Made by a program: the position numbers and the translations under genes | Shown here: piece by piece, positions 30,011 through 40,903 of the stretch | Position numbering within the stretch: position 1 is the stretch's first letter | Layout: every line of letters starts with the position of its first letter | The notes under the pieces: model-generated | What the model was told of the DNA's origin: nothing | The model's database searches: none | What the model saw: only the letters and a program-made list of their open reading frames with translations | Source of the DNA: Candidatus Uhrbacteria bacterium | GTDB lineage: Bacteria; Patescibacteriota; Patescibacteriia; UBA9934; GWF2-40-263 | Assembly: GCA_026395055.1 (NCBI GenBank) | Contig: JAPLZK010000004.1 | Coordinates: forward strand, 82,805-146,804 | DNA length: 64,000 nucleotides | Reading direction: 5' to 3'

Positions 30011-33000
30011 ATGATGCATTCTTTCAAGAAAAAACGACAATGGATCGGCCGTGGGCTTGTCTTTGTTTTTTTGATCGGCATCGTTTCAAGTGGATTGATT
30101 CTTTCCGGACCAACGCCTGTATTTGCGGTTGATCCAGCGGGTGTGACACAGGTTGTTGCAGGAGCTGCACAAGGAGCTTGTCCAACAACGGGAGCTGTTC
30201 CAACGGTTTGTCCCGCAAAAGGAGTTTCAGAAACTTCTAAGTCTCTTTGGGATAAAATCATTACACCATCGTTAAAAATGGTTGCGGTTAAAGCGTTGAT
30301 TGATTTTGTTTCGTTCGCAAGTAACCGTATTGCTTATGAAGCAGCCGTTTATGTGGCAAACGGTGGTCCCGGGGAAGGATCCATGTTTTACAATAAGAGC
30401 GCATCAGATGCGTTCTTGGGGTTTGGAAAAGACATGGGAGGACAAGCGTTTGCCGATTTGAGTGATATCACAAAGTCTAGTTTCGGATTAGATTTGTGTG
30501 TGCCACCAGATCCATTTATTCGTTTGAACCTTCAGCTGAGCATTAAGCAAAACTATACTCCAACCAAGCCACGTTGTGATTTTGATTCTGTCACAACAAA
30601 ATGGGGCCAAATTGTATCGGACGCATCCTCATTGCTCTCAAACGACAAAGACGCACGTGATAAATTTTTGTTCAACAAACTTTCAGAAGGATTAAGACCA
30701 GGAAATAACCAACTCGGTGCCTCTATTGGGTTCTTACAGTTGACGAATGAGACGGCACAACGAAATTCTCAAACAAAAACAGCAGAACAAATCGGCTCTA
30801 TTCCAATCGGAGGATTTACAAACGTTCATGATTTAGTGACAGGAAAAACAACAACTCCTGCCGCGATTGTGTCTAAACAATTTGATGATCAATTGAAAGC
30901 AGCAAAAGGGGATCAAAATCAAATTAAACCTGCAGATGTTCTTGCAAACCCGGATGTTTGGTATGGTCTTTTAAACATGTCTGTTTCTACGTTTACAAAC
31001 ACGCTTACATCTCAATTATTTAACCGCGTTTACAAAGGATTGTTTTCTCCAAAACCAGATGCGGCCGATCCTTTTAATACAGAACTCGCAGGAGGATCTG
31101 GAAGTGATGCGGAAGCAAATAAGGCAGACCTTGGTGGAATTTTTACGGCAACACCTGTTGCAAACCCACAATATGATTTGTTGGGGGAGTTTGCACAGTG
31201 TCCACCAGACGGAACAGGAAACAGAAGTTTGAATTCCTGTGTCATTGATGCGGGCGTTGTTGCGGTTATTAGTCGTGGAGGAAGTTCGGCAGCACTTACG
31301 GTACAAGAAGCGATTGATCAAAAAATCTTGAATGGAGATTGGCCACTTATTTCTTCAAAAAATGCTTCTGCAAACCAGGATCGTCTTTGTTATACATATG
31401 GATTCTGTTACGGAAACTTAGTGAAATTGCGTAAGGCTCGTATTATTCCGATTGGTTGGGAACTTGCGGCAGACAAAAACTCTTTGAATAGTCCAAAATC
31501 TTTGAAAGATATCGTGGCAGGATTTAATGACTGTAACGGACAAAACCAAATGGATGCGAGTCATCCATGGTGTCACTTGATTGATCCAAACTGGGTCTTG
31601 AAGGCACCAGAATCACAATGTCGTGCGGCGGTAAACGGAGAAATTCGTGTAAGTGACCAAGCGGCGGGACGCCAAAACGTTTGTGCAGATTCTCCAACAT
31701 GTATCGGAGAAGACAATACGGGAAAGTGTACACAAGGATTCGGATACTGTGTGGAAGAAAAAAATATTTGGCGCGTAAAAGGTGACGAATGTCCATCTCA
31801 GTACGCAACGTGTTTAACCATGAAAAATACAACAACAGGGAAAGCGAATTCTCTTTTGTTAAATACCGTTGATAACGCAAACTGTACAAAACAAAATGCG
31901 GGATGTTCTTGGAATAAGACAATAAAGACTCCAGACGCAAAGGGGGTGTTCCAATGGTACACGGGTGCGGCAGCTTATAGTGTTGCAGCCACTTCGAGCG
32001 TATTTCGTTACGCGGGGTCAAACGCTCCAAGCTATTCTTACGAAGACCGTTTGTACGTAACACACAACGCAAAACAGTGTGACCAAGCGCAAGCGGGTTG
32101 TACGGAATTAAACGTGAAAGACGGTAAGCTCGCATTGAACTTGGTTCAAAACGGAAGTTTTGAAAAGGATGAGGATAAAAATGGGATGCCGGATAACTGG
32201 GCAAATTCTAACGTAAATCCTGTTAAATTTATTTTAGATGGTAACGCTGTTGATGGTTCAAAGAGTGTTCAAGCAAATGGAGGATATTTTTATCAATACG
32301 TTCCAGTCACTTCAGGAAGTTTTTATACATTCAGTTTCTATGCATCAAGTGCTCAAGTAAACCAGGCAGTCAGTGTCGCAATTTTTCCAGAATTGGCAAA
32401 CAACAACAAGATTTCTCTTGTCGGATTGTCTTACGGTGGTGATTGTACATTAGCGCCAGGTAACCAGAATTATGATATTTCCAAAACGCTTTTAAGTGCG
32501 AATGAATGGAAACGGTTTGTTTGTACGTTTACATTGCCTGAAACAGCTGTAAAAGTTGAGATTGGTTTACATGATTCGAATGGTGGATCTCCATCCATTC
32601 AATACGACGCTGTTCAGCTCGAATCTGGTGAAATCGCTTCAAACTTTGGGGACGGGTACAACATTGCAAGCCCAACAAAAGCTTATTTGAAAATTGCTCC
32701 AGCGTATCTTGGATGCAAAGGACTCGCATCAGATCCAAAAGAATGTGATGCATACGCACAGGTTTGTTCCGTCCAAGATGTTGGATGTAATTTATTTACT
32801 CCAAAAGAAACGGGTCCGGCTGTTCCTGCGATCGCTTCTGCGCTCGATGCATGTCCAAACGAATGTGTTGGATACGATTCTTATAGACAAGAGGGAACCA
32901 AATACGAACCAGCTAAATTTCCTGTGTACTTTATTGCAGATAAAGCCGGTGTTTGTTCTGCAAACGCGGTTGGTTGTGATGGATTCACAAAATTGGGTGC

Positions 33001-36000
33001 ACAAGGTGGAGAAACACAAGAATACTACACAAATTTGCGTGCATGTTTGACGCCAGAAATGACCACAGACAAAACAACGCAAACAAACCCAACTTCTGCT
33101 ACGTATTTCACCTGGGAAGGATCTGACAAATCTGGATTCCAGTTGAGAACATGGCAATTGCTGCAATCAAATGCTGCTGCAGGTGCGCTTGTATATACAT
33201 CTACACCATCTGCGTTTACAGCATCCCCAAGTGTTGGGCCAGCACACACAACGGAAACAAATCCAAACCTTGCTCCGTGTACAAAGGTTCATGTTACCGC
33301 AAATGATGCGGCAGCTTGTGATGATCTTGCTGCTTCACACATGGCGACGGTTGCAGCTGATGCATCTTGTGACGAGCATGCAGATATTTTCACAAACCCA
33401 GACTGTCGTGAATTCTTTGATTCAACGGGTCTTGTTCATTACAGAAACTATTCCGACACGGTTTCTGTGGATGCGGCTTGTGTGTCTTACAGAAAAAATA
33501 CTTCAACAGAACCTGACTGTACGGCTTCTGGCGGATTCTGGACCAGTCAAGGATTCTGTCGATACTTTGGATTACAAAGTGAATCTAAAGCATGTGCGGC
33601 ATCAGAAAATGGATGTCGTGAATATACGGGTGGAGCAGGACGTAATGCAACAACAATTTTGAATGACACGTTTGAAAATGGTGCAACCGGATCATTTGCC
33701 TCTTATGCAGGAACGGCTGCACCAAGTAATGATTCTGTTTCTTCTGGAGGACACTCATTACATATTATTGGTGGAGGAGTCCGAACAAATCAGATGTATC
33801 TTGGAACAACATATGATCCCGCCGTCGCAACAACGTGTACGAATACACCGGGTGCAACCGTTGTTTCTGGTGGATGCCAACTCGCTCCTGGATGTATTGT
33901 TGCATCTGGAAAAGCAAGTTGTGGTGCACTTGTCGATTCACTGGCACGTGGAAAAGTTTACACGTTAGACGTGTGGGCAAAAGGAACAGGAAATCTTTAT
34001 GCAGGATTTTCAGATGATGGCGGATTAAATGCTGGCAACATGCACGTTCATGATTTGGTGAATACTTCGAATCACTCAACCGCGATTGCATCCCTTACAC
34101 CAAAAGCTTTAGATCCGTCTTGGAAGGTGTACCACTTTGGTCCAATCAATACGACGGCATCTGAATTTAGTACGTTCGGACCAAATTCTGTCTTAGCGTT
34201 TGCAACGGATGCAGGAAAAGAAATTTTTATCGATAACGTTCAGCTTGTTCAAACGGAAGAAAACATCGATCGCATTAAGGATTCATGGGTAACTCCATCT
34301 GTTTGTGATCAGTCTCCAGATGGTGCGGTTTCTCCACAGTACTACTTAGGATGTAAAGGATATACAGATCGTAAAGGAGTAGATGGAAGTTATTATCAGT
34401 TCTCACACATTTGTTCAGAGAAGGCGATCGGATGTTCTGCGTATTACAATACGTATAATGCAGATTCTGCATCTGGACAGACAACAAATGCTCGCTGTGT
34501 TCACGGTACTGCTCCAAATGGGACGGCAGATCCTATAACAGAAGCGTGTATTGTAAATGGGACAACATACTGCACCATCAGTGCTGGTCAGAATTATTGT
34601 GTGTTCTCAACAAAACAAGTGTTCGCAGATCCTCTTCCAAGTTCTGGAGGGTTCGCGATTGTTTATGGTCCGGAAGCGGTCGTGACTCCACAAGATCAAT
34701 CTGTTTACCTTGTAGATAACGGAAACGCACAATGTTCCGTTGAGTTTAAAGGATGTCGTGAGGTTGGTGCGCCAACATACGCACAAGATTTGAAGACCGT
34801 AACCAAGTTTACGTCTCAGTACATCATGGACACACCAGACGATTACGGAAATATTTTGTGTGAAAATCAAGCGTTGTTCTGTGATGAATTCGCTTCTACA
34901 AAAGATGGTAACTTCTATTTCAAGGATCCAATCAATAAGACGTGTGAATATAAGACATCTGTAACAATTGCGCAAAAATCTTTTAGCGGTTGGTTCCGTT
35001 CTGGAACATCTGAGCCATGTTATTGGACAGATACAAACGCAAACAAGACGTTTGATCCAGGTGTAGACAGTGCCTATCTTGTTTCAGGTGATCAAGCGCA
35101 AATTTGGAAAAATGGGGATACGTCTTACGACGGTTGGGTTGGTGCGTGTGATTCTAGTGCAAATCGTTGTACCGAATTGATTGATTCAACAGACACAAGT
35201 CCAGAGAATCATGGAAAAGGAAAGTCTTATTACGTGATTAATAATGATAAGTTGTCGGAGAATTCTGTTGCGGTTACAGAAAAGTGTGATGGAAAAGTTG
35301 GCCAAAAGGCCGGATGTGCATTATTCAACAACACAACCATTTCACAATTGAAGTATAGTTCTAGCGCAAGTTACGCATTGTCCCTTCACGCAGACTTGTT
35401 GTTGAATAAACCACAAAATAGTTTGGTGGATCCAATTAGCTGTACGCAAAATGGGGGAGTGTTCAAAATTTCACTTGAGACCGCGAAGAAATTGGCAGAC
35501 GATGATGCAAAAGTTTCTGCGGCTCCACATAGTGCATCGGATGTTTCTGTAGATTTGTGTAGTCGTCGTTGTCATTATGAGTTGAATAAAACAGGGGATA
35601 CATTAGTCTCACCATCTGCAAATCAACCAACGGCAGGTGTAGATTGGAACGAACGTTCTTGTCTCTATAATTCTGATTGTCCTGTTTTGGATTCAAAATT
35701 AGAAAAAGGAATTAAAGGAACCTGTCGTGATACCTCTTTGCCATTGAAAGATGATTCAAACACGGTCCTCAAAGTAAATCGCGACCGTACCTGTGCAGCT
35801 TGGCTTGCGTGTGACAGTGCGCGCACAACATGGGATGCGGGTTCAAACAAATACATTCAGATCTGTGACTCTGTGAATTTGTGTACCCAAACAGGTTCAC
35901 AAGGAGACCAAGCGCAATGCGCATCTTGGACCGCGCGTACACCTGTTGTTATGACAGAGCAGTTGTATGCATCACGTGATGTCAGTTGGGCTGGAGTGGA

Positions 36001-39000
36001 TTATTCCGGTTATGAAATTCCACATCAGTTACCAACGGAAAGATTCAGTCAGTTCAATTTGAATCCAAAGAAGTGGTGTGTGGATGGGAATGGAAATGTG
36101 GGAGGAAACAAAAATTCTTGTGAAAAAGATTCAGAATGTGCCCAAGGATGGACCTGCGGAGCCGCCCCACTCGATTATCGCATTGTTTATAATGCAGGTC
36201 CTTGTACGGGAAGCAGTTCCTGCCAAGTTGGATTCTGTAAAAATACAAAAACAGCCTGTGCATCCAATGCGAATTGTGGAACAGATGTAGATGCAACCAA
36301 CTTCTGTGTGTTCGGATACTGTCAGGCAAAGGGAGCAAACTGTTCAAAGGCAGACAACACAGAGTGTGCGGGAACCGCAACGCCAATTTGTGACACGGTT
36401 CAAGGAGTTTGTGTAAACCATCTTGTCGACCATCCATCCCTCACAGACGCGTGTTCAAGTGAAAATGCGTGTGCGGGAGGACAAACCTGTGTCGCAGCTG
36501 CCACAACAGCCTTTGGTTCGTGTTATCAAAATCGTTGTCTCACAGACATTCGTGATACAGACGGAGACGGATTCTCACAGCCATTAGATAAAGACCAAGC
36601 AGACGATTCACAATCCTGCCGTGGATATCCAGAGTTTGATTCGCCGTTTCCACAGAAGGTTGTGGCGCAGTGGAAAGTACCACCATTTGATCCATCTGCT
36701 GTGAATGCCGTTACGGGATATCAGTCGGTTAGCGGGCTATCTATTATTCAGTTACCTTCAGATCTAGCATCTCCATCTCAATTTGTTTCCGGTTACAACG
36801 CATCTAAGGTTTGTACGCCAATTAAATCAAAAGATGTTGATGGAAAAGATGTTTGGATTGCAAATGATAATTGTATTTGTAGCTATACAAAAGCTACGTA
36901 TGCAAAGGGTGCAGAGGATCTTTATTTTCCTACAGACACATCCATGCTTGAGTCGGGAAGAGTTCCTGAAGGAATTTGTACAGGAGGATTATTAGCAGGA
37001 AGAACTTGTAAAACGGATAAAAGTTGTACGATCCCAGAAGTAAAAGATGGTGCTGGTAATGTCACAACAAAAGAAATTCCGGGAACGTGTCAACTTCTCA
37101 CTTCATCAAATACGATGTTTGGTTGGCAGGGATATTGTTTGGAAAAAGATTCCTCCATTCAATTAAACGGAAGTACAGCAGCAAAAGACCAAGCATGTCT
37201 TACGTGGTTGCCAGTCGATCAACTCTCAGGTGCAACGGATCTTTATGGAAAGGAGACAAGTGCTGGATATCAAGTCGCATCAAATACCTATTATTGCGCA
37301 CAACCTGGAGTCGCATGGAATTTACAAGTCTCTGGTGTTGCTTGTGCGGAAACAGATGATGGATCATGTGACGATGGTGGCAATTCTCTTTTGGATGACA
37401 TGAATGATGACAAACCATATCTCAATGCATTTTGTCCAAAGGGATATTTTGCTATTCTTGGTCCGTGCGGTTCAAATGACCCAGGAAATGATAAGGATGG
37501 AAATGGATATTGTAATCAACATAGTGGTGATGATGATTATCCATATTACTGTGTTCCAACACATGCATATCACGCAGATGGAATCACAGAATGTAAAGCA
37601 CCTTATACAGTAGGAGGTTCGGCAGGAATTCCAAAACCAGGAGGTGGACTTTACTTCAACTTAATTTCTGATTTAGCGAGCGCAACCAAAACAATTGTTG
37701 GTGGCGGAAGCGGATACTTCACTTCCGTATCAGATTTTAAAGCCGCTGTTGATTATTACAAAGATTGTCAGGTAAGAGGTGTTATTCAATCCTCAACGAT
37801 TAATACCTATTTTGGTGATAAGACGCCGGGAGCAGTTCCTTCATCTGATTCAGGACATGATGGTTCAAATAGTTATTACAATTTAACCATGCATGATAAC
37901 TCGTATGCAGCTTGTAAAAGTGTTGCACAAGTAGGAAGTACTGGTTCTTCTGGTGATTTAAATGCAGCTTGGACGGATCGTGTATGGCAAGGCAAAAAAC
38001 CACTCTATACAATTTCAACAGGGTTTAATGATAATTTTGCGGGATACAAATTAGATGCGGAACCAAAGATTTTTGGACAAGCAAAAGATATTGTAGATAT
38101 CTCATTAGATCCTGCACCAGATAAAATTTTGATGTGTGACAATGAAATGTCACTTGCGGACACGGCTGGCAAATGTACGGATCCAAAAGGGGTACTTAGT
38201 ACTCCAAATGAAGGACGTGCTTTTTCAAAAGTTTCCCTTGTTGCACAAAATGGAGGAGTAGATTCAAATTGGTGTTCAAGTAAGGCGTGTACATGTAATC
38301 CATCTCAAGGCGTTGCTGACTGTAATAATTTTTTGCAGAATGTAGCACATCCTTGTTCCTTTAAGAGTATTTTGTGTGTAGGGACCTGGAATTGTGTGAA
38401 TAACAAGTGTGACGGAGGACCGTCAAAGGGTGGTGCGTGCGGAGATTCCTCGGACTGTAGTTTGTCGGCTTGTTCGGATGCGGCAAAATCTACGGCTTGT
38501 AATAAAGCTGGAGGAAAGTGTCAGGGAACAGGTACGTGTTCTAATACAGGTGGTCCAACAGGTACAGATAAAACCCAAACAACGAGTTGTAATTCTGATT
38601 TTGATTGTCAGGTAAACAAGTGTGTTCCAAATCCAAATCACAGTAATGGAACGGGTTGGGATGATGCAAATGTTTGTATCAATAAAGACAGTTCTTATGG
38701 TGCATATACAGTTAGTCAAGATTTTAGTGTCACGGAAGCAAAAAATCGCTTAAAACAAATTTTTGCAGAAGCTTATAGTCTGCAAACATTTGATGATGTT
38801 TTAAACACAAAAGGCAAATATAAACTGGCACCTGCAAATGATCCAGATGTTATAGGTTGGAAAGACCAGGGTGTTGCAACAGGAATCTGGGATTCACGTG
38901 CAACCGCAAACGGAACACACCCACCAATCATTACATCACTTGGAAGTTGTATTGGAACATCGTGTATTGAAAAAACGCCAGGTAAGTTCAATGTGAACGG

Positions 39001-39676
39001 AGAAGACTCTGGCGTTGTGGAGGGGTTAGGAAGCAAACATGTAAGTGTAACGTTCTACGTGAATGCCGACACAAACCAAATGCCATTACGTAATGTTGTG
39101 ATTGACTGGGGAGACGACATGCAAGGGGTGTCTGGTGGTGGAAATCCGTGGCCAAATGGAAGTGAGAGTGGTTCTACGGTGCCAAGCAACTTCTATAAAA
39201 ACCATCGTGGATTAAGCAAAACAAATCCGCCAAAGGAATTGTGTGACGGGTCCACATTTGGACAAGCGCCAGAAGCATGTAGTTCAAGTTACATTTTATT
39301 TACACACGATTACGTGTGTTCAAGTACAGATGTCGCTGCCTTGCAAAAAGCAGGTCGTACATGCGGAACGGTTGATCCAAAAACAAAGAGCATCATTACC
39401 TCACCATGTGTGACTGTTGATCCAAAAGGGGTTGCGTCATGTGAATTTCAACCTCGTATCCATGCAAAGGATAACTGGGGATGGTGTACTGGGTATTGCG
39501 ATGCCAATCCATCAGATGGAACAACGTCCTGTTTTGGAGGGGAGTGTGCGATTGATCTTTATCCATCAAGTGGTGTCAATTTACAAAATGCTCCGTTGGA
39601 TAAAAAGAGTTCCGGTAAAATTGTTAATCCATGGATATATTTTGAAGGTTCAATTAACATCATGCCGGTACAGTAA
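30011..39676 (+). CDS. Giant (3221 aa) Cys-rich secreted/surface protein with carbohydrate-binding-like modules
   Basis: Signal-like N-terminus; abundant Cys modules; NLVQNGSFE..YTFSFYA..WKRF..YDAVQLE jelly-roll-like segment; VIDWGD near C-terminus. Confidence 0.85.
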   Translation: MMHSFKKKRQWIGRGLVFVFLIGIVSSGLILSGPTPVFAVDPAGVTQVVAGAAQGACPTTGAVPTVCPAKGVSETSKSLWDKIITPSLKMVAVKALIDFVSFASNRIAYEAAVYVANGGPGEGSMFYNKSASDAFLGFGKDMGGQAFADLSDITKSSFGLDLCVPPDPFIRLNLQLSIKQNYTPTKPRCDFDSVTTKWGQIVSDASSLLSNDKDARDKFLFNKLSEGLRPGNNQLGASIGFLQLTNETAQRNSQTKTAEQIGSIPIGGFTNVHDLVTGKTTTPAAIVSKQFDDQLKAAKGDQNQIKPADVLANPDVWYGLLNMSVSTFTNTLTSQLFNRVYKGLFSPKPDAADPFNTELAGGSGSDAEANKADLGGIFTATPVANPQYDLLGEFAQCPPDGTGNRSLNSCVIDAGVVAVISRGGSSAALTVQEAIDQKILNGDWPLISSKNASANQDRLCYTYGFCYGNLVKLRKARIIPIGWELAADKNSLNSPKSLKDIVAGFNDCNGQNQMDASHPWCHLIDPNWVLKAPESQCRAAVNGEIRVSDQAAGRQNVCADSPTCIGEDNTGKCTQGFGYCVEEKNIWRVKGDECPSQYATCLTMKNTTTGKANSLLLNTVDNANCTKQNAGCSWNKTIKTPDAKGVFQWYTGAAAYSVAATSSVFRYAGSNAPSYSYEDRLYVTHNAKQCDQAQAGCTELNVKDGKLALNLVQNGSFEKDEDKNGMPDNWANSNVNPVKFILDGNAVDGSKSVQANGGYFYQYVPVTSGSFYTFSFYASSAQVNQAVSVAIFPELANNNKISLVGLSYGGDCTLAPGNQNYDISKTLLSANEWKRFVCTFTLPETAVKVEIGLHDSNGGSPSIQYDAVQLESGEIASNFGDGYNIASPTKAYLKIAPAYLGCKGLASDPKECDAYAQVCSVQDVGCNLFTPKETGPAVPAIASALDACPNECVGYDSYRQEGTKYEPAKFPVYFIADKAGVCSANAVGCDGFTKLGAQGGETQEYYTNLRACLTPEMTTDKTTQTNPTSATYFTWEGSDKSGFQLRTWQLLQSNAAAGALVYTSTPSAFTASPSVGPAHTTETNPNLAPCTKVHVTANDAAACDDLAASHMATVAADASCDEHADIFTNPDCREFFDSTGLVHYRNYSDTVSVDAACVSYRKNTSTEPDCTASGGFWTSQGFCRYFGLQSESKACAASENGCREYTGGAGRNATTILNDTFENGATGSFASYAGTAAPSNDSVSSGGHSLHIIGGGVRTNQMYLGTTYDPAVATTCTNTPGATVVSGGCQLAPGCIVASGKASCGALVDSLARGKVYTLDVWAKGTGNLYAGFSDDGGLNAGNMHVHDLVNTSNHSTAIASLTPKALDPSWKVYHFGPINTTASEFSTFGPNSVLAFATDAGKEIFIDNVQLVQTEENIDRIKDSWVTPSVCDQSPDGAVSPQYYLGCKGYTDRKGVDGSYYQFSHICSEKAIGCSAYYNTYNADSASGQTTNARCVHGTAPNGTADPITEACIVNGTTYCTISAGQNYCVFSTKQVFADPLPSSGGFAIVYGPEAVVTPQDQSVYLVDNGNAQCSVEFKGCREVGAPTYAQDLKTVTKFTSQYIMDTPDDYGNILCENQALFCDEFASTKDGNFYFKDPINKTCEYKTSVTIAQKSFSGWFRSGTSEPCYWTDTNANKTFDPGVDSAYLVSGDQAQIWKNGDTSYDGWVGACDSSANRCTELIDSTDTSPENHGKGKSYYVINNDKLSENSVAVTEKCDGKVGQKAGCALFNNTTISQLKYSSSASYALSLHADLLLNKPQNSLVDPISCTQNGGVFKISLETAKKLADDDAKVSAAPHSASDVSVDLCSRRCHYELNKTGDTLVSPSANQPTAGVDWNERSCLYNSDCPVLDSKLEKGIKGTCRDTSLPLKDDSNTVLKVNRDRTCAAWLACDSARTTWDAGSNKYIQICDSVNLCTQTGSQGDQAQCASWTARTPVVMTEQLYASRDVSWAGVDYSGYEIPHQLPTERFSQFNLNPKKWCVDGNGNVGGNKNSCEKDSECAQGWTCGAAPLDYRIVYNAGPCTGSSSCQVGFCKNTKTACASNANCGTDVDATNFCVFGYCQAKGANCSKADNTECAGTATPICDTVQGVCVNHLVDHPSLTDACSSENACAGGQTCVAAATTAFGSCYQNRCLTDIRDTDGDGFSQPLDKDQADDSQSCRGYPEFDSPFPQKVVAQWKVPPFDPSAVNAVTGYQSVSGLSIIQLPSDLASPSQFVSGYNASKVCTPIKSKDVDGKDVWIANDNCICSYTKATYAKGAEDLYFPTDTSMLESGRVPEGICTGGLLAGRTCKTDKSCTIPEVKDGAGNVTTKEIPGTCQLLTSSNTMFGWQGYCLEKDSSIQLNGSTAAKDQACLTWLPVDQLSGATDLYGKETSAGYQVASNTYYCAQPGVAWNLQVSGVACAETDDGSCDDGGNSLLDDMNDDKPYLNAFCPKGYFAILGPCGSNDPGNDKDGNGYCNQHSGDDDYPYYCVPTHAYHADGITECKAPYTVGGSAGIPKPGGGLYFNLISDLASATKTIVGGGSGYFTSVSDFKAAVDYYKDCQVRGVIQSSTINTYFGDKTPGAVPSSDSGHDGSNSYYNLTMHDNSYAACKSVAQVGSTGSSGDLNAAWTDRVWQGKKPLYTISTGFNDNFAGYKLDAEPKIFGQAKDIVDISLDPAPDKILMCDNEMSLADTAGKCTDPKGVLSTPNEGRAFSKVSLVAQNGGVDSNWCSSKACTCNPSQGVADCNNFLQNVAHPCSFKSILCVGTWNCVNNKCDGGPSKGGACGDSSDCSLSACSDAAKSTACNKAGGKCQGTGTCSNTGGPTGTDKTQTTSCNSDFDCQVNKCVPNPNHSNGTGWDDANVCINKDSSYGAYTVSQDFSVTEAKNRLKQIFAEAYSLQTFDDVLNTKGKYKLAPANDPDVIGWKDQGVATGIWDSRATANGTHPPIITSLGSCIGTSCIEKTPGKFNVNGEDSGVVEGLGSKHVSVTFYVNADTNQMPLRNVVIDWGDDMQGVSGGGNPWPNGSESGSTVPSNFYKNHRGLSKTNPPKELCDGSTFGQAPEACSSSYILFTHDYVCSSTDVAALQKAGRTCGTVDPKTKSIITSPCVTVDPKGVASCEFQPRIHAKDNWGWCTGYCDANPSDGTTSCFGGECAIDLYPSSGVNLQNAPLDKKSSGKIVNPWIYFEGSINIMPVQ

Positions 39677-39677
39677 G

Positions 39678-39717
39678 AAACTAAAAACAGAACCTTTCTG
39701 GTTCTGTTTTTAGTTTA
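39678..39717. terminator. Long perfect hairpin terminator after the giant gene
   Basis: aaactaaaaacagaacc-tttct-ggttctgtttttagttt. Confidence 0.8.
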
Positions 39718-39757
39718 ATGACAATAAAAAACCCTGACTATTGTCAGGGTGAGCGAT

Positions 39758-40537
39758 CTATTGTTTCGTAAGAATACCGTCTTGAGAATCGGTACCGTCT
39801 GTCGTGTGAATACTGATTTTCAGAAGATCGGGTTGGATAACACCACTTACTTTCAGACCAAGACTGGACATGCTGTCCGATTCGATGAGCTGATCGCCGG
39901 TAATATAGGCCAAGCCAGATTTTCCAACAGTCAAGACAATTTTGTCGTTCACAACATTCGTTGCGACGCTTTTTTTCTTATTATCAGATGAATCTTGATA
40001 TGTCCCATTCGGCGCCAATCCCCAAGATCCTACATCCGTCCACTCATGGGTGTACCCAGATGCAAACTGCTTGTCAGGGTTGCCTTTTGCGGTGAAGTTC
40101 CAGTCCACGAACAGGTGGTCGGGGCGCATGACGCGAACACCGAATGTGTTGCCGAATTTGATATTCGCCGCTGTCTGAACTTTGATGCTGTCTACATTTT
40201 TGAAGATGTAGGTCGGGTTTGTGGGAACGATAGAAGGATCTCCAAAGCTCGTACAAGACGAAACTTCATCGCATACATAGAAATCGGCGGGCTTTCCGTC
40301 TGGAGTCTTTGCGTTGATGGTGATGTAGCCCTCCGTGGAGGTGACTTTGACGTCTTCCCAACCACCTGACGAACCATCTGTCGACCCAGCATCACTGCCG
40401 TTGTCAGTCGACCCACCATCCGGCGAATACCCGTCCGTTTGGACGGTAGACGAATCGTGCGACCCGATGGGGTCGCTCGGGCATCCCGTGCACAAAAGGG
40501 CGAGCGGCGCGATCACGAGGATCTTGTGAAAGAACAT
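39758..40537 (-). CDS. Hypothetical lipoprotein with Ser/Gly/Asp linker
   Basis: LALLCTGC lipobox-like; GAGGAG SD; own hairpin terminator at 39726-39750. Confidence 0.7.
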   Translation of the reverse strand: MFFHKILVIAPLALLCTGCPSDPIGSHDSSTVQTDGYSPDGGSTDNGSDAGSTDGSSGGWEDVKVTSTEGYITINAKTPDGKPADFYVCDEVSSCTSFGDPSIVPTNPTYIFKNVDSIKVQTAANIKFGNTFGVRVMRPDHLFVDWNFTAKGNPDKQFASGYTHEWTDVGSWGLAPNGTYQDSSDNKKKSVATNVVNDKIVLTVGKSGLAYITGDQLIESDSMSSLGLKVSGVIQPDLLKISIHTTDGTDSQDGILTKQ

Positions 40538-40903
40538 GGGGCTCTCCTCATAATGGTCTCGCTGACGTGAGTCTGTGCGGGAACCGTTGGTGTTTGGGTC
40601 ATCCACCTTGGAATCACCTGCTTCTAGTATAGCAAATCTTGCTCCAGAAGACTCTCTATTAAGCCAGAAAAATGAGGATTTGTCAAGCGTCAGGGTTTTT
40701 TGACAGTTGAAAAATGGAAATTAAATATCCAGGCTTATTTAAGCGATTATTTAAGATTTTGAAATTGTTTATAAGAGCAAACAAAGTGCATTTTTTGGCT
40801 AAAATTAGGTATAAAATGCTTGACATAGATCAAAATATCTGTTATCTTAATGTGTTGCAAATGGTTTGCAACAAGGTTCCTTCAATTGAAAAAGGAAAAA
40901 GCC

